DNA of 42,899 nucleotides from Candidatus Nomurabacteria bacterium (GTDB lineage Bacteria; Patescibacteriota; Minisyncoccia; Phycocordibacterales; UBA10002): NCBI GenBank assembly GCA_943349725.1, contig CALQZP010000003.1, forward strand, positions 1 through 42,899, read 5' to 3'. Of the stretch, positions 29,119 through 37,757 are shown in pieces. Below the pieces are notes generated by a model, which saw nothing but the letters and a program-made list of their open reading frames with translations, made no database searches and was not told where the DNA came from. Made by a program: the position numbers and the translations under genes. Positions within the stretch are counted from its first letter, which is position 1, and every line of letters begins with the position of its first letter.

Positions 29119-29230
29119 GTGGACCGTGAAAGCTTTCCGCTGTGGTCAAAAAACTCTGCAAGGGGTTGTTACGTATACCTTCACGCTTCGCGTTGTCCTA
29201 CTCTCGTCTCTTTTGCTACACTTATAGTAT

Positions 29231-30052
29231 ATGAAGCTCAATAGCGGGCAAAGATTTTTATACGCGAGGATTACTATTCTCGTGCTTTTGGTGGGGGCAT
29301 TTGCTTTGGGGGTGTTGGGGTTCAGAGGATTTCCGTTTTGGTATGGTGGATTTGTTTTGTGCTTCTGGGGCGCGCTTGGACTTTTGAATTATGGACAGCA
29401 CAGTTCGCTGTGGCTTTCTTATAAGAAACCGTGGCTGTTTGTACTTCTCTACGGCGCGCTCGCAGGCACTTCCTTTCTTTCCGATACCTTTGGGCTGAAC
29501 GCGCATCTGTGGTTTTACCCGTTTTATCACGGCATCTCGCTCCTGTGGGTATGGCTTGTCCTGTATCCATTTGGGGGACTTGCAATACTTGAACTCCTCT
29601 ATTTTTTGGCGGGACATCTTGACGCACCACTAGAGTTCAGACAGTATCCGCAAACACAGGGACATAGGTTCTTTGATGTTTTTGAGAGTTTGCTTTTTCT
29701 TGGTATGGTCGGGGTGGTTGTACTCGGCGCTATTCACGTACCGAGTGGACTCACGCTTCCGGCGATATTCGCGTTTGTAGTTGTTTGGATTATTTCTGCG
29801 CTTCTCAAACTTAGATTTCACATTACACATCTCGGACAGTATACGCTCGTTATCGTGCTGACGACGCTACTCGCGACGCTCTCGTACGGGCTTTCTGGTT
29901 TTGCGACGCGTTCATGGATATGTCTTGAAACAACGTTCTTTGATGTCCTCCTGTTTGGTTTCCCGTTTTGGGTGTGGGTAGGTTCATTTTGGTTCGTACT
30001 TATTACACTGCGGTTGTGGATTTTTTTGGTGCTTCACCCGAAAGTGAAATGA
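29231..30052 (+). CDS. Polytopic membrane protein of unknown function
   Basis: About 8 hydrophobic segments, aromatic-rich. Confidence 0.75.
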   Translation: MKLNSGQRFLYARITILVLLVGAFALGVLGFRGFPFWYGGFVLCFWGALGLLNYGQHSSLWLSYKKPWLFVLLYGALAGTSFLSDTFGLNAHLWFYPFYHGISLLWVWLVLYPFGGLAILELLYFLAGHLDAPLEFRQYPQTQGHRFFDVFESLLFLGMVGVVVLGAIHVPSGLTLPAIFAFVVVWIISALLKLRFHITHLGQYTLVIVLTTLLATLSYGLSGFATRSWICLETTFFDVLLFGFPFWVWVGSFWFVLITLRLWIFLVLHPKVK

Positions 30053-30112
30053 CGTTGCTCCAAAAAGAGTGCACCCCGAAGGGCTTCGAGTGTTTTTTGT
30101 TATACTGATAGT

Positions 30113-30580
30113 ATGCGGAACAAACTTTTTCTTTGCGGGGGAATTATTCTTTTGGCAGTTGTGCTGTTTGTCGTGTTCGCATCCGCGAAACACATGAGTC
30201 CCACACTTTCTATTGGTGGACACGTGATACAGCTTGAACTTGCGGACACCGAAGCGAAACGCATCCTTGGGCTCGGAGGCAGGGAAGTGATAGGGGATGA
30301 CGAGAGCATGCTTTTTGTGTTTCCGAAAAGCGACAAGTACGGTATCTGGATGAAAGGGATGCGTTTCCCGCTTGATATTGTGTGGCTTGAAGATGGACAG
30401 AAAGATGCGGGGGGAAAGCAGATGCTTGTCGTGCTGGAGATACAGGAGAACATAGCTCCCGAAACTTACCCAGAGATTTTCTACCCAAGAGAGAAAGCGC
30501 TCTATGTGCTCGAAATGAAGGGAGGCTCTGCACAAAAGAGTGATATGCACGTCGGATCAATCTTGACCCTAAAAAAGTAG
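30113..30580 (+). CDS. DUF192 family protein
   Basis: ELADTEAKRILGL, MLFVF, WMKGMRFPLDIVWL, YVLEM. Confidence 0.9.
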   Translation: MRNKLFLCGGIILLAVVLFVVFASAKHMSPTLSIGGHVIQLELADTEAKRILGLGGREVIGDDESMLFVFPKSDKYGIWMKGMRFPLDIVWLEDGQKDAGGKQMLVVLEIQENIAPETYPEIFYPREKALYVLEMKGGSAQKSDMHVGSILTLKK

Positions 30581-30616
30581 TATTGTCAATATTTGCCAAG
30601 TAAGGTATACTGCGTA

Positions 30617-30986
30617 GCGGTTTATACCAGACAATCGCTTCGACCTCTGGTCGGAGAGGAAAGTCCGAACACTAACATCTTTGCGCAAGCAAGGACGTAA
30701 AAAGGTAGTGGGTAACGCCCATCCGTCGCAAGACGCGAGATGCGAACAGCAACGCTCAACGCCGAAAGGCTAGAGGTTCCACGCAAGTGGAACGTCCTCA
30801 TCGTAAGGTGAGGCTGAAACGGCTAAATTTCTTACCCGAGTGCAAGGCCGTGTCCTGGCGCAAGCTAGGGAGTGCCGCTTGACCCCGCGAGTAATCGCGG
30901 AGCTAGATAAATGATTGTCCCCCCTACCACTTTGGATAAAACCAAAGTGGTAGGGGGACAGAATTCGGCTTATCGGTATAAATCGC
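30617..30986 (+). ncRNA. rnpB: RNase P RNA
   Basis: GAGGAAAGTCCG, GGGTAACGCCC, TAGATAAATGATTG, ACAGAATTCGGCTTA; P1 ends GCGGTTTATACC/GGTATAAATCGC pair. Confidence 0.95.
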
Positions 30987-30991
30987 GAAAT

Positions 30992-31019
30992 AATAAAGCC
31001 CCGGAGACGGGGCTTTATT
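30992..31019. terminator. rnpB terminator
   Basis: AATAAAGCCCCG-GAGA-CGGGGCTTTATT. Confidence 0.8.
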
Positions 31020-31315
31020 GTAATTGCGGAGAATACCACGACGACTTGCCCTGTGGATGAATCCGCAAATGTAGGCGGGGTCGGCGGAGCCGATTCATCT
31101 ACAACAAAGTTTGCCCTGGTGCCTCGCCTAAACCCTTACCGCTTTGCGGTGGGGATAGGACGAGGCCAAACTTTATTGCGTAAGATATGGAGTGTGTATA
31201 CAGATTGCAGACTTCACTCCATCCGTTATAATGTACGCACTGGAGCGACGTCTTGTTTTCGGCTTCTTAATATAAGAGTGTATCTATCTATCTACTAGTA
31301 GCTATTTTTTTGACT

Positions 31316-33760
31316 ATGTCACTATTTTCTTTTTTGCAAAGGAAGGCTGGGTTAATTCAGGACGAAGCAACCTCGCGAAATACTGACCGAGCTTCCACTT
31401 TTTTCCTTGTTGCGACGGTGTTTCTCTTGCCGATATTTTTTATTCCTTCAATTTCATTTTCGTATATTTTTAGTAAAGCCCTTTTGCTTTCCATGTTGAC
31501 CCTTGTCTCTCTTGTGCTATGGCTCAGTGCGAGACTCCGCGACGGTAAGTTTATTGTCCCAAGTTCCCCGATGCTCCTCGCCATGGCCATCTTCGTCGGT
31601 CTTTTTGCACTTTCTAGTCTCTTCTCAAGGGATGCCACTTTTTCGTTTTTTGGACAAGGTCTTGAAGTTGGCACGGCCGTGAACCTTCTTGTGGTCTTCG
31701 CGCTTGCGTTCCTCGTTTCAGTGGTGTTCCGCACGGGTGAGCAAATTGTAAAAGGCTATATCGCGTTTTTCGCCTCTTTCGCGCTCATTGCGTTATTTCA
31801 CATTTTGCGACTTGTGTTTGGTCCAGATTTTCTTGCATTCGGCATCTTCACCGATACCGTTTCAAATACGGTAGGTCGGTTAAACGATCTCGGTATTTTC
31901 TTTGGAGTCTCGGCGCTTCTTTCGCTCCTCACGATTGAACTTATACCGCTTACACGAGTATTTAAGGTTATTCTTTCGCTCGCACTTCTCACCTCTCTCT
32001 TTTTTCTTTCACTGGTCAATTTCAGTTTACTCTGGTTTGTGCTGGGTCTGTGTTCGCTTGTCCTACTCGTTTTTCTCCTTTCCTTTGGTCGAGCGCTCGC
32101 AAGACGAGGTGCGGAAGACGATATTCTTTTTAAGGAGCCACGTTCTGTTCGGAAGATTCCGTTAGCTTCGTTTGCGGTATTGCTTATTTCCGTGGTCTTT
32201 ATCTTGCCGGGAAGCACCATTGGTGAAAGGGTGGGAAACGTCTTCACTTTTTCTCAAAATGATCCACGTCTGTCTTGGGGCGCCACGATGGAAGTCGTCA
32301 AGGAGACGCTTCAAGTCAGTCCGCTCCTTGGGTCCGGACCCAATAAATTTGGTTCGGAGTGGTTGAAGTACAAACCTAAAGACATCAATATGACAGTATT
32401 TTGGAATACCGACTTTACCTACGGGGTGGGTCTTGTGCCGACTTTTGTGGTCACCTCGGGTATTTTGGGAGGGCTTGCCTGGCTTATATTTTTCCTGCTA
32501 TTTCTTCTTTCAGGATTTCGAGTGGTACTGTCCGATATTTCTGATATCCTATCGCGATACCTCCTCACCTCCTCGTTCCTTGTCGCGCTGTTTCTCTGGG
32601 TTTTTTCCATCTTCTATGTTCCGTCGCTCACCATTTTCAGCCTTACCTTTATCTTTACAGGACTGTTTATTGCGTCACTTTCCGCTTCGCGTATGCTCGA
32701 GGTTAAGACCATTTCGTTTGCAAGCAATCCTCGGGTCGGTTTTGTCTCGATACTCATGCTTATTTTGCTTCTCATTGGAAGTGTCACGCTCGGGTATGTA
32801 CTTACGCAGAAGTATGTCGCCTCTATCTTCTTTCAGAAGGGAATTGTCAGCTTCAACATAGCGGACAACCTAGATCTGACTGAGAAGCAAATTGTGAAGG
32901 CAACAACCCTTAATCCCCTGGACATGTACTATCGCTTTCTCACCGAGCTCACGCTTATACGTATGAACAAACTCTTGAGTCAAAATGACCCAAAGATGTC
33001 TGTCGAAGCGGTGCGTAGTGCATTTCAAACACTGCTCACCACTGCCCTTGCGAACGCACGACAAGCGGTCGCGCTGGGTAAAGCGAACTATGAAAATCAG
33101 ATGACCCTCGGCCGTGTCTTTGAGGCTGTCGTACCGCTCAAGATTGACGGAGCCTATGAAAATGCAAAGGACGCATACACCGAGGCCATGAAATTGAATC
33201 CAAGGAATCCCTCGATTCTCCTCACCATCGCCCGTCTTGAGGTCACCAAGGGTGACAATGCGAAGGCGCGAGAAAACATAAACCAAGCACTGAAAGAAAA
33301 AGCGAACTACACCGAGGCGGTGTTTCTTCTTTCGCAGATAGAGGCGCAGGAGGGTAACATTAAAGAGGCTATCGCTTCAGCCGAGTCGGCGGCAACATTT
33401 TCTCCCGACGACCCGACGGTGCTCTTCCAGCTAGGACTCCTCCGTTTTAACGACAAAAATTATACGGGGGCAATAACCGCGCTCGAGAAGTCGGTTACAC
33501 GTAGTCCAACTTACGCGAACGCGAAGTATTTCCTCGGACTTTCCTACGCGAAGTTGAACCGAATTGCCGATGCTACTGCCCTGTTTCTGGACCTTCAGAC
33601 AAATAATCCCGACAACAAAGATATAGAACAAATCCTAAAGAACTTGAAAGCCGGAAAAGACCCGTTTTATGCCACGCCTCCTCCAACCGCGACTTCCGGA
33701 AAGGGCCTTAAGCTTCCTGTAGAGGAAAAGGCGGTTAAAACTTCAAAGGTCGGAGCATGA
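31316..33760 (+). CDS. O-antigen-ligase-like multi-pass membrane protein with C-terminal TPR repeats
   Basis: More than 10 TM segments, PLLGSGP motif, GILGGLAW; TPR-like A..LNP repeats. Confidence 0.75.
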   Translation: MSLFSFLQRKAGLIQDEATSRNTDRASTFFLVATVFLLPIFFIPSISFSYIFSKALLLSMLTLVSLVLWLSARLRDGKFIVPSSPMLLAMAIFVGLFALSSLFSRDATFSFFGQGLEVGTAVNLLVVFALAFLVSVVFRTGEQIVKGYIAFFASFALIALFHILRLVFGPDFLAFGIFTDTVSNTVGRLNDLGIFFGVSALLSLLTIELIPLTRVFKVILSLALLTSLFFLSLVNFSLLWFVLGLCSLVLLVFLLSFGRALARRGAEDDILFKEPRSVRKIPLASFAVLLISVVFILPGSTIGERVGNVFTFSQNDPRLSWGATMEVVKETLQVSPLLGSGPNKFGSEWLKYKPKDINMTVFWNTDFTYGVGLVPTFVVTSGILGGLAWLIFFLLFLLSGFRVVLSDISDILSRYLLTSSFLVALFLWVFSIFYVPSLTIFSLTFIFTGLFIASLSASRMLEVKTISFASNPRVGFVSILMLILLLIGSVTLGYVLTQKYVASIFFQKGIVSFNIADNLDLTEKQIVKATTLNPLDMYYRFLTELTLIRMNKLLSQNDPKMSVEAVRSAFQTLLTTALANARQAVALGKANYENQMTLGRVFEAVVPLKIDGAYENAKDAYTEAMKLNPRNPSILLTIARLEVTKGDNAKARENINQALKEKANYTEAVFLLSQIEAQEGNIKEAIASAESAATFSPDDPTVLFQLGLLRFNDKNYTGAITALEKSVTRSPTYANAKYFLGLSYAKLNRIADATALFLDLQTNNPDNKDIEQILKNLKAGKDPFYATPPPTATSGKGLKLPVEEKAVKTSKVGA

Positions 33761-33795
33761 GGTGAAGCAACACTCAGCTAGCGAAAGCACACCGC

Positions 33796-35478
33796 ATGGT
33801 AGGTAAATTATTCAAATTCATAGAGAGAGAGATAAGCGGACTCCACGAGGCCGCTTATCTATTGGGCTTCTTCGCGCTTCTCTCGCAGATTTTAGGATTC
33901 CTCCGCGACCGCCTGCTTGCGTCGCAGTTCGGCGCGGGAGAAATACTGGATGTGTACTACGCTTCGTTTCGCGTTCCGGACCTCATCTTCATCTGGAGTT
34001 CGTCTATGGTGTCACTCTCGGTGCTTATTCCGTTTCTCTCTCGAAAACAGCAGGAAGGGAAGGCTTCCGCTCGTGCTTTCCTCGACTCTGTCTTCTCGGC
34101 TTTCTTTTTCTTCTTGGTCATTATTAGTATTATTGCTGGTGTTTTCGCCCCAGAAATAACCAGATTCTTTTTTCCCGGGTTTAGTTCTGAAATGCTCACT
34201 ACGGCGGTGCTTCTTACGCGCATCCTTCTTCTTCAGCCGATATTCCTGGGTATCTCCAATTTGTTCGCGAGCGTTACCCAGCTTGAGAAGCGCTTTTTCG
34301 TGTATGCAGTGAGTCCCATTCTGTACAATCTCGGCATTGTGATTGGAGTAATCTTCCTGTACCCCTTATTGGGACTTTCGGGACTCGCGTGGGGCGTGGT
34401 ACTCGGAGCACTGCTTCACCTCGGCATACAGATTCCAGTCATTGCGCGCGCAGGAATGCTTCCACGGCTACGACTTACCTGGAATGTCGGGGTTGTGAAG
34501 GAGGTGGTGTTTGTTTCTCTTCCGAGAACGATTGCACTTTCCTTGCAAAATATATCGGTACTGCTCATGACGGGTCTTGGTTCGCTTCTCGGTGTCGGTT
34601 CCATCGCTATTTTTAATCTTTCCTGGAATCTTCAGTCCGTTCCGCTCGCGATTGTCGGAGCAAGTTATTCGCTCGCCGCATTTCCGACACTTGCCGGGCT
34701 GTGGAACAAGGGCGAACGAGCAACCTTCATAGCAACCCTTTCCACTGCTATGCGACATATCATATTTTGGTCTATGCCCGCACTCGTCCTTTTTGTTGTC
34801 CTTCGCGCGCAGATTGTACGTACAGTGCTCGGAAGCGGAGCCTTTGATTGGGGAGATACCAGGCTTACCGCCGCGGCACTCGCGCTTTTCGCACTTTCCG
34901 TAGTGGCGCAGAGTATGACGCTCCTCTTTACCAGGGGCTACTACGCGGCAGGGAAGACGCGCACGCCACTTCTTATCGCGACAGGTGGAACACTCATAAC
35001 CGTCGCTTCCGCTTTTTTGTTTTCCACATTGTTTTCTGACATTTCGATCCTTCGCTACTTTTTAGAATCCCTTCTCCGTGTGTCCGACATCTTCGGCACC
35101 GAAATGCTTGTGCTTCCGCTTGCGTACTCCGTGGGGAGCATCGTGAGTGCGGGTATCTTTTGGTTGCTATTTACCCGCCACTTTGAGAAGTTTGACCTCG
35201 CGGTCACGCGTACGTTTTGGCAGAGCTTCGCCGGGAGTGTCTTTATGGGATTTATTTCGTACGGATTACTCGGCGTTTTTGACGAGGTGTTTAACATTCA
35301 CACTACGCTTGGTATCTTTCTGCAGGGATTATGTGCGGGACTTGGTGGAATGATTGCAGGTGCATTTATTCTCTACGTACTCGGTAATGAGGAGATTCGA
35401 GAAATCTGGAAGACCATTCACCACAAAATCTGGAAAGCAAAGTTCATTGGCCCCGACCCAACCGAGACCAGCTTTTAG
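33796..35478 (+). CDS. murJ: Lipid II flippase MurJ/MviN
   Basis: SQILGFLRDRLLASQFGAG, YYASFRVPD, YYAAGKTRTP. Confidence 0.9.
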   Translation: MVGKLFKFIEREISGLHEAAYLLGFFALLSQILGFLRDRLLASQFGAGEILDVYYASFRVPDLIFIWSSSMVSLSVLIPFLSRKQQEGKASARAFLDSVFSAFFFFLVIISIIAGVFAPEITRFFFPGFSSEMLTTAVLLTRILLLQPIFLGISNLFASVTQLEKRFFVYAVSPILYNLGIVIGVIFLYPLLGLSGLAWGVVLGALLHLGIQIPVIARAGMLPRLRLTWNVGVVKEVVFVSLPRTIALSLQNISVLLMTGLGSLLGVGSIAIFNLSWNLQSVPLAIVGASYSLAAFPTLAGLWNKGERATFIATLSTAMRHIIFWSMPALVLFVVLRAQIVRTVLGSGAFDWGDTRLTAAALALFALSVVAQSMTLLFTRGYYAAGKTRTPLLIATGGTLITVASAFLFSTLFSDISILRYFLESLLRVSDIFGTEMLVLPLAYSVGSIVSAGIFWLLFTRHFEKFDLAVTRTFWQSFAGSVFMGFISYGLLGVFDEVFNIHTTLGIFLQGLCAGLGGMIAGAFILYVLGNEEIREIWKTIHHKIWKAKFIGPDPTETSF

Positions 35479-35540
35479 GTGCTGGATTCGACAGGCTCAC
35501 CACCCCGAGGAATTTGTGGGGTAGCTTTTAGGGATTAAGA

Positions 35541-35572
35541 AAAAACCGCCCCGATTTTCATCGAGGCGGTTT
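35541..35572. terminator. Terminator between convergent murJ and pheA
   Basis: AAACCGCCCCGAT-TTTC-ATCGAGGCGGTTT; near-copy at 42763-42796. Confidence 0.75.
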
Positions 35573-35598
35573 GCGTGTTTACAAGTACAACGCCCTCT

Positions 35599-36468
35599 CT
35601 ATTTTGGGAATGACCCAAGGATGGTGAACTCCTTAGTGCACTCTTTCATTTCGAGAAGCGCTCCGAGAGTGCGAGCTTCTTTTTCATGTCCTTCAAGCTC
35701 AATATAGAATCCATAGTTCCACCCTCCAAGGGAAACAGAGTGAATGGCGGTCATATTGATTTGGCGAGAAGCAAAAGGGACAAAGGTTTCGAGAAGCATT
35801 CCTGGTTCATTCGGGATTCGGAAAATGATAACCGTTTTATCATTCCCCGTTGGTACGCTCTCCTGCTTTGGTCCGAACACGAAAAACCGTGTCATGTTGT
35901 CTTCAAGGTCTTGCACATCATATTCAATGACCTTCAAGTTGTACTCCTTTGCGGCAAGCTTTGATGCGATTGCGCCAAGATCCATTTCAGGATGTTCCGC
36001 TACAAACTTTGCCGCGGAGGCTGTACTGGTAGTTGATTCAATTTGCGTGAACCCCCAGCGTTTAAGCGATTTACTGCATTGGCCGAGGGCTTGCGGGTGG
36101 GACAGGATTCCTTTCAGTTTAGTGCTGTGATATATCGTCTGCTTTGACAGAAGACAGTGTCGTATTGGCAGTTCCACCTCCCCAATGATGCGCAAGGGGT
36201 AGCTAGTGGATTGCTTCGCCAAATATCCAAGGACATCAACGACATCGCCATAAGTGCTGTTTTCAACAGGAATGATACCGAGACCAGACCCACGTTCCGC
36301 AGCTTGCAGTACGCTCACATTGGTAGATTCGAACAGTATCGGCGTGTCATACTCCAGTTGAAGTTTTTGTACCGCAATTTTTGCGGCTTCATGTCCGTAT
36401 GATCCCTTTGGTCCGAGACAGATCATTGCTGTCTCGATGTCTTCGTGATTGTGTTCTGGATTTAGCAT
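35599..36468 (-). CDS. pheA: Prephenate dehydratase (PDT plus ACT, no chorismate mutase domain)
   Basis: LGPKGSY, PVENST, SHPQALGQC, NMTRF, C-terminal ACT domain ending ILGSFP. Confidence 0.93.
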   Translation of the reverse strand: MLNPEHNHEDIETAMICLGPKGSYGHEAAKIAVQKLQLEYDTPILFESTNVSVLQAAERGSGLGIIPVENSTYGDVVDVLGYLAKQSTSYPLRIIGEVELPIRHCLLSKQTIYHSTKLKGILSHPQALGQCSKSLKRWGFTQIESTTSTASAAKFVAEHPEMDLGAIASKLAAKEYNLKVIEYDVQDLEDNMTRFFVFGPKQESVPTGNDKTVIIFRIPNEPGMLLETFVPFASRQINMTAIHSVSLGGWNYGFYIELEGHEKEARTLGALLEMKECTKEFTILGSFPK

Positions 36469-36528
36469 TTTGCTTCCCCTTCTCTGTTATTTAGTTGTCA
36501 ACGAACATATTTTCTTATCTGCACAAGC

Positions 36529-36561
36529 AAACAAGCCAGTCGCTGAAGATCTGGCTTGTTT
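36529..36561 (-). terminator. Attenuator terminator 2 (pheA-proximal)
   Basis: 11-bp stem AAACAAGCCAG/CTGGCTTGTTT. Confidence 0.7.
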
Positions 36562-36617
36562 CCACATTATTCTTGAATCTTAAATCTAAATTCTTGAATC
36601 TATTTTATGGACACAGG

Positions 36618-36683
36618 TCAGACCTCCACCGATAAAGGCTTAGTAGTAAGAAAGAAGAATAATGCAGCTGTTTGTCTTGTCAT
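36618..36683 (-). CDS. Phe-rich leader peptide 2, MTRQTAALFFFLTTKPLSVEV
   Basis: Manual translation; TTC TTC TTT codons upstream of an antiterminator/terminator pair. Confidence 0.7.
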   Translation of the reverse strand: MTRQTAALFFFLTTKPLSVEV

Positions 36684-36693
36684 GTGTTTTGAA

Positions 36694-36730
36694 ATTAAAA
36701 AGACGGCTCCCCAAGCGGGGAGCCGTCTTT
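36694..36730 (-). terminator. Attenuator terminator 1
   Basis: 14-bp stem AAAGACGGCTCCCC/GGGGAGCCGTCTTT followed by a T-rich tail on the minus strand. Confidence 0.8.
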
Positions 36731-36754
36731 ATATCTAGGTTTATTTTAACTAAT

Positions 36755-36832
36755 TTAGATACAGGCAAACACCCCACTCATATTCATGGTGTTGCTAAAA
36801 AAGAAAGTTTCTGTGTTTGTGGCCGATTTCAT
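36755..36832 (-). CDS. Phe-rich leader peptide 1, MKSATNTETFFFSNTMNMSGVFACI
   Basis: Manual translation; TTC TTT TTT codons; starts 9 nt after the -10 box. Confidence 0.7.
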   Translation of the reverse strand: MKSATNTETFFFSNTMNMSGVFACI

Positions 36833-36841
36833 TACTTTTTC

Positions 36842-36870
36842 AATGTACACGATGTCGGCCCAAGCGTCAA
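36842..36870 (-). promoter_or_regulatory. Sigma70 promoter of the pheA leader
   Basis: Minus strand TTGACG, 17 nt, TACATT. Confidence 0.7.
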
Positions 36871-36926
36871 CTTTTTTGTCCACGTATATATTTTTCTATT
36901 GTTGCACAATATGATATTATTTCAGT

Positions 36927-37757
36927 GTGGCACGAGCAAAGATAACCTTAAAAAGGGAGGTATTACAGAATCTGTATTGGAAACAGAACTTAACTCCGGT
37001 TGAAATTGGTAAAAGATTTCACTGTAGTTTTAAGACAGTTCGCAACCGAATCAAGGAATTCGGTATTCCGTTTAAAAATCCCGCAATAGCTCGGATGCGG
37101 TATAAAAAGGCAGATTGCACCGATGACCCAACACTTCGTGCCTATATGTTAGGATTTAGGCTGGGCGACTTAAATGTCTATAAGAGAGGGGAGAAGTCGG
37201 AGACAGTAGTGGTTCGGTGTCACACGACACACAAAGCGCAAGTATCGGTTATGAAATCCTTGTTCGGTGAGTTTGGTCGCGTTTCAATAACTCCTCGCGA
37301 AAATCATTTTACGGTGAACTGTTTTCTGAACCGGACATTTGAATTTCTTCTACCGAAGAATGAGGCAGTATGGCAATGGGTACGAGATAATGATACTGTA
37401 GCTCCGAGCTTTATTGCCGGATATGTTGATGCGGAAGCAAACTTTATCATCAACCAAGGACGTGGTAGGTTTAAGATTGATTCTTACGACCATTACATAT
37501 TAGAGTGGATATGTGTGTGGCTTGCTAAGAAAAGTATCTCATATAAGTATCGGTGTCTTCGGAGAAAGGGGCCTTCTTGGAGAAATCAGCCCCCGCTCAA
37601 CGGTGACCTTTGGCGATTAAATATCAACGAGGCCAATTCCTTAGAGAAATTTATCAAAGAAATCTTTCCTTTTTTACGACATGCTCATAGGATACGAGAT
37701 GCAAAAGAGTGCATAGATAACGTCGTCTTACGAAGAAAAAATGGCTCAATTAAATAA
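36927..37757 (+). CDS. Free-standing double-motif LAGLIDADG endonuclease with N-terminal HTH
   Basis: AYMLGFRLGDLN and SFIAGYVDAEAN motifs; HTH TPVEIGKRFHCSFKTVRNRI; overlaps the lepA start by 17 nt. Confidence 0.8.
   Translation: MARAKITLKREVLQNLYWKQNLTPVEIGKRFHCSFKTVRNRIKEFGIPFKNPAIARMRYKKADCTDDPTLRAYMLGFRLGDLNVYKRGEKSETVVVRCHTTHKAQVSVMKSLFGEFGRVSITPRENHFTVNCFLNRTFEFLLPKNEAVWQWVRDNDTVAPSFIAGYVDAEANFIINQGRGRFKIDSYDHYILEWICVWLAKKSISYKYRCLRRKGPSWRNQPPLNGDLWRLNINEANSLEKFIKEIFPFLRHAHRIRDAKECIDNVVLRRKNGSIK

Noticed and set aside
31052-31298. 81-aa ORF or ncRNA downstream of rnpB
   Set aside because: There is a hairpin (TGTGGATGAATC...GATTCATCTACA) but no protein motif or RNA family I can recognise.
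35488-35505. TTCGACAGGCTCACCAC REP-like half site after murJ
   Set aside because: Single half copy with no partner arm in the window; too little to call.
36662-37003. 113-aa plus-strand ORF
   Set aside because: It overlaps the attenuator, both promoters and the LAGLIDADG start; no recognisable motifs.
36927-37757. Intein or group I intron in lepA
   Set aside because: lepA is intact and the endonuclease lies upstream in another frame with no splice-junction motifs.
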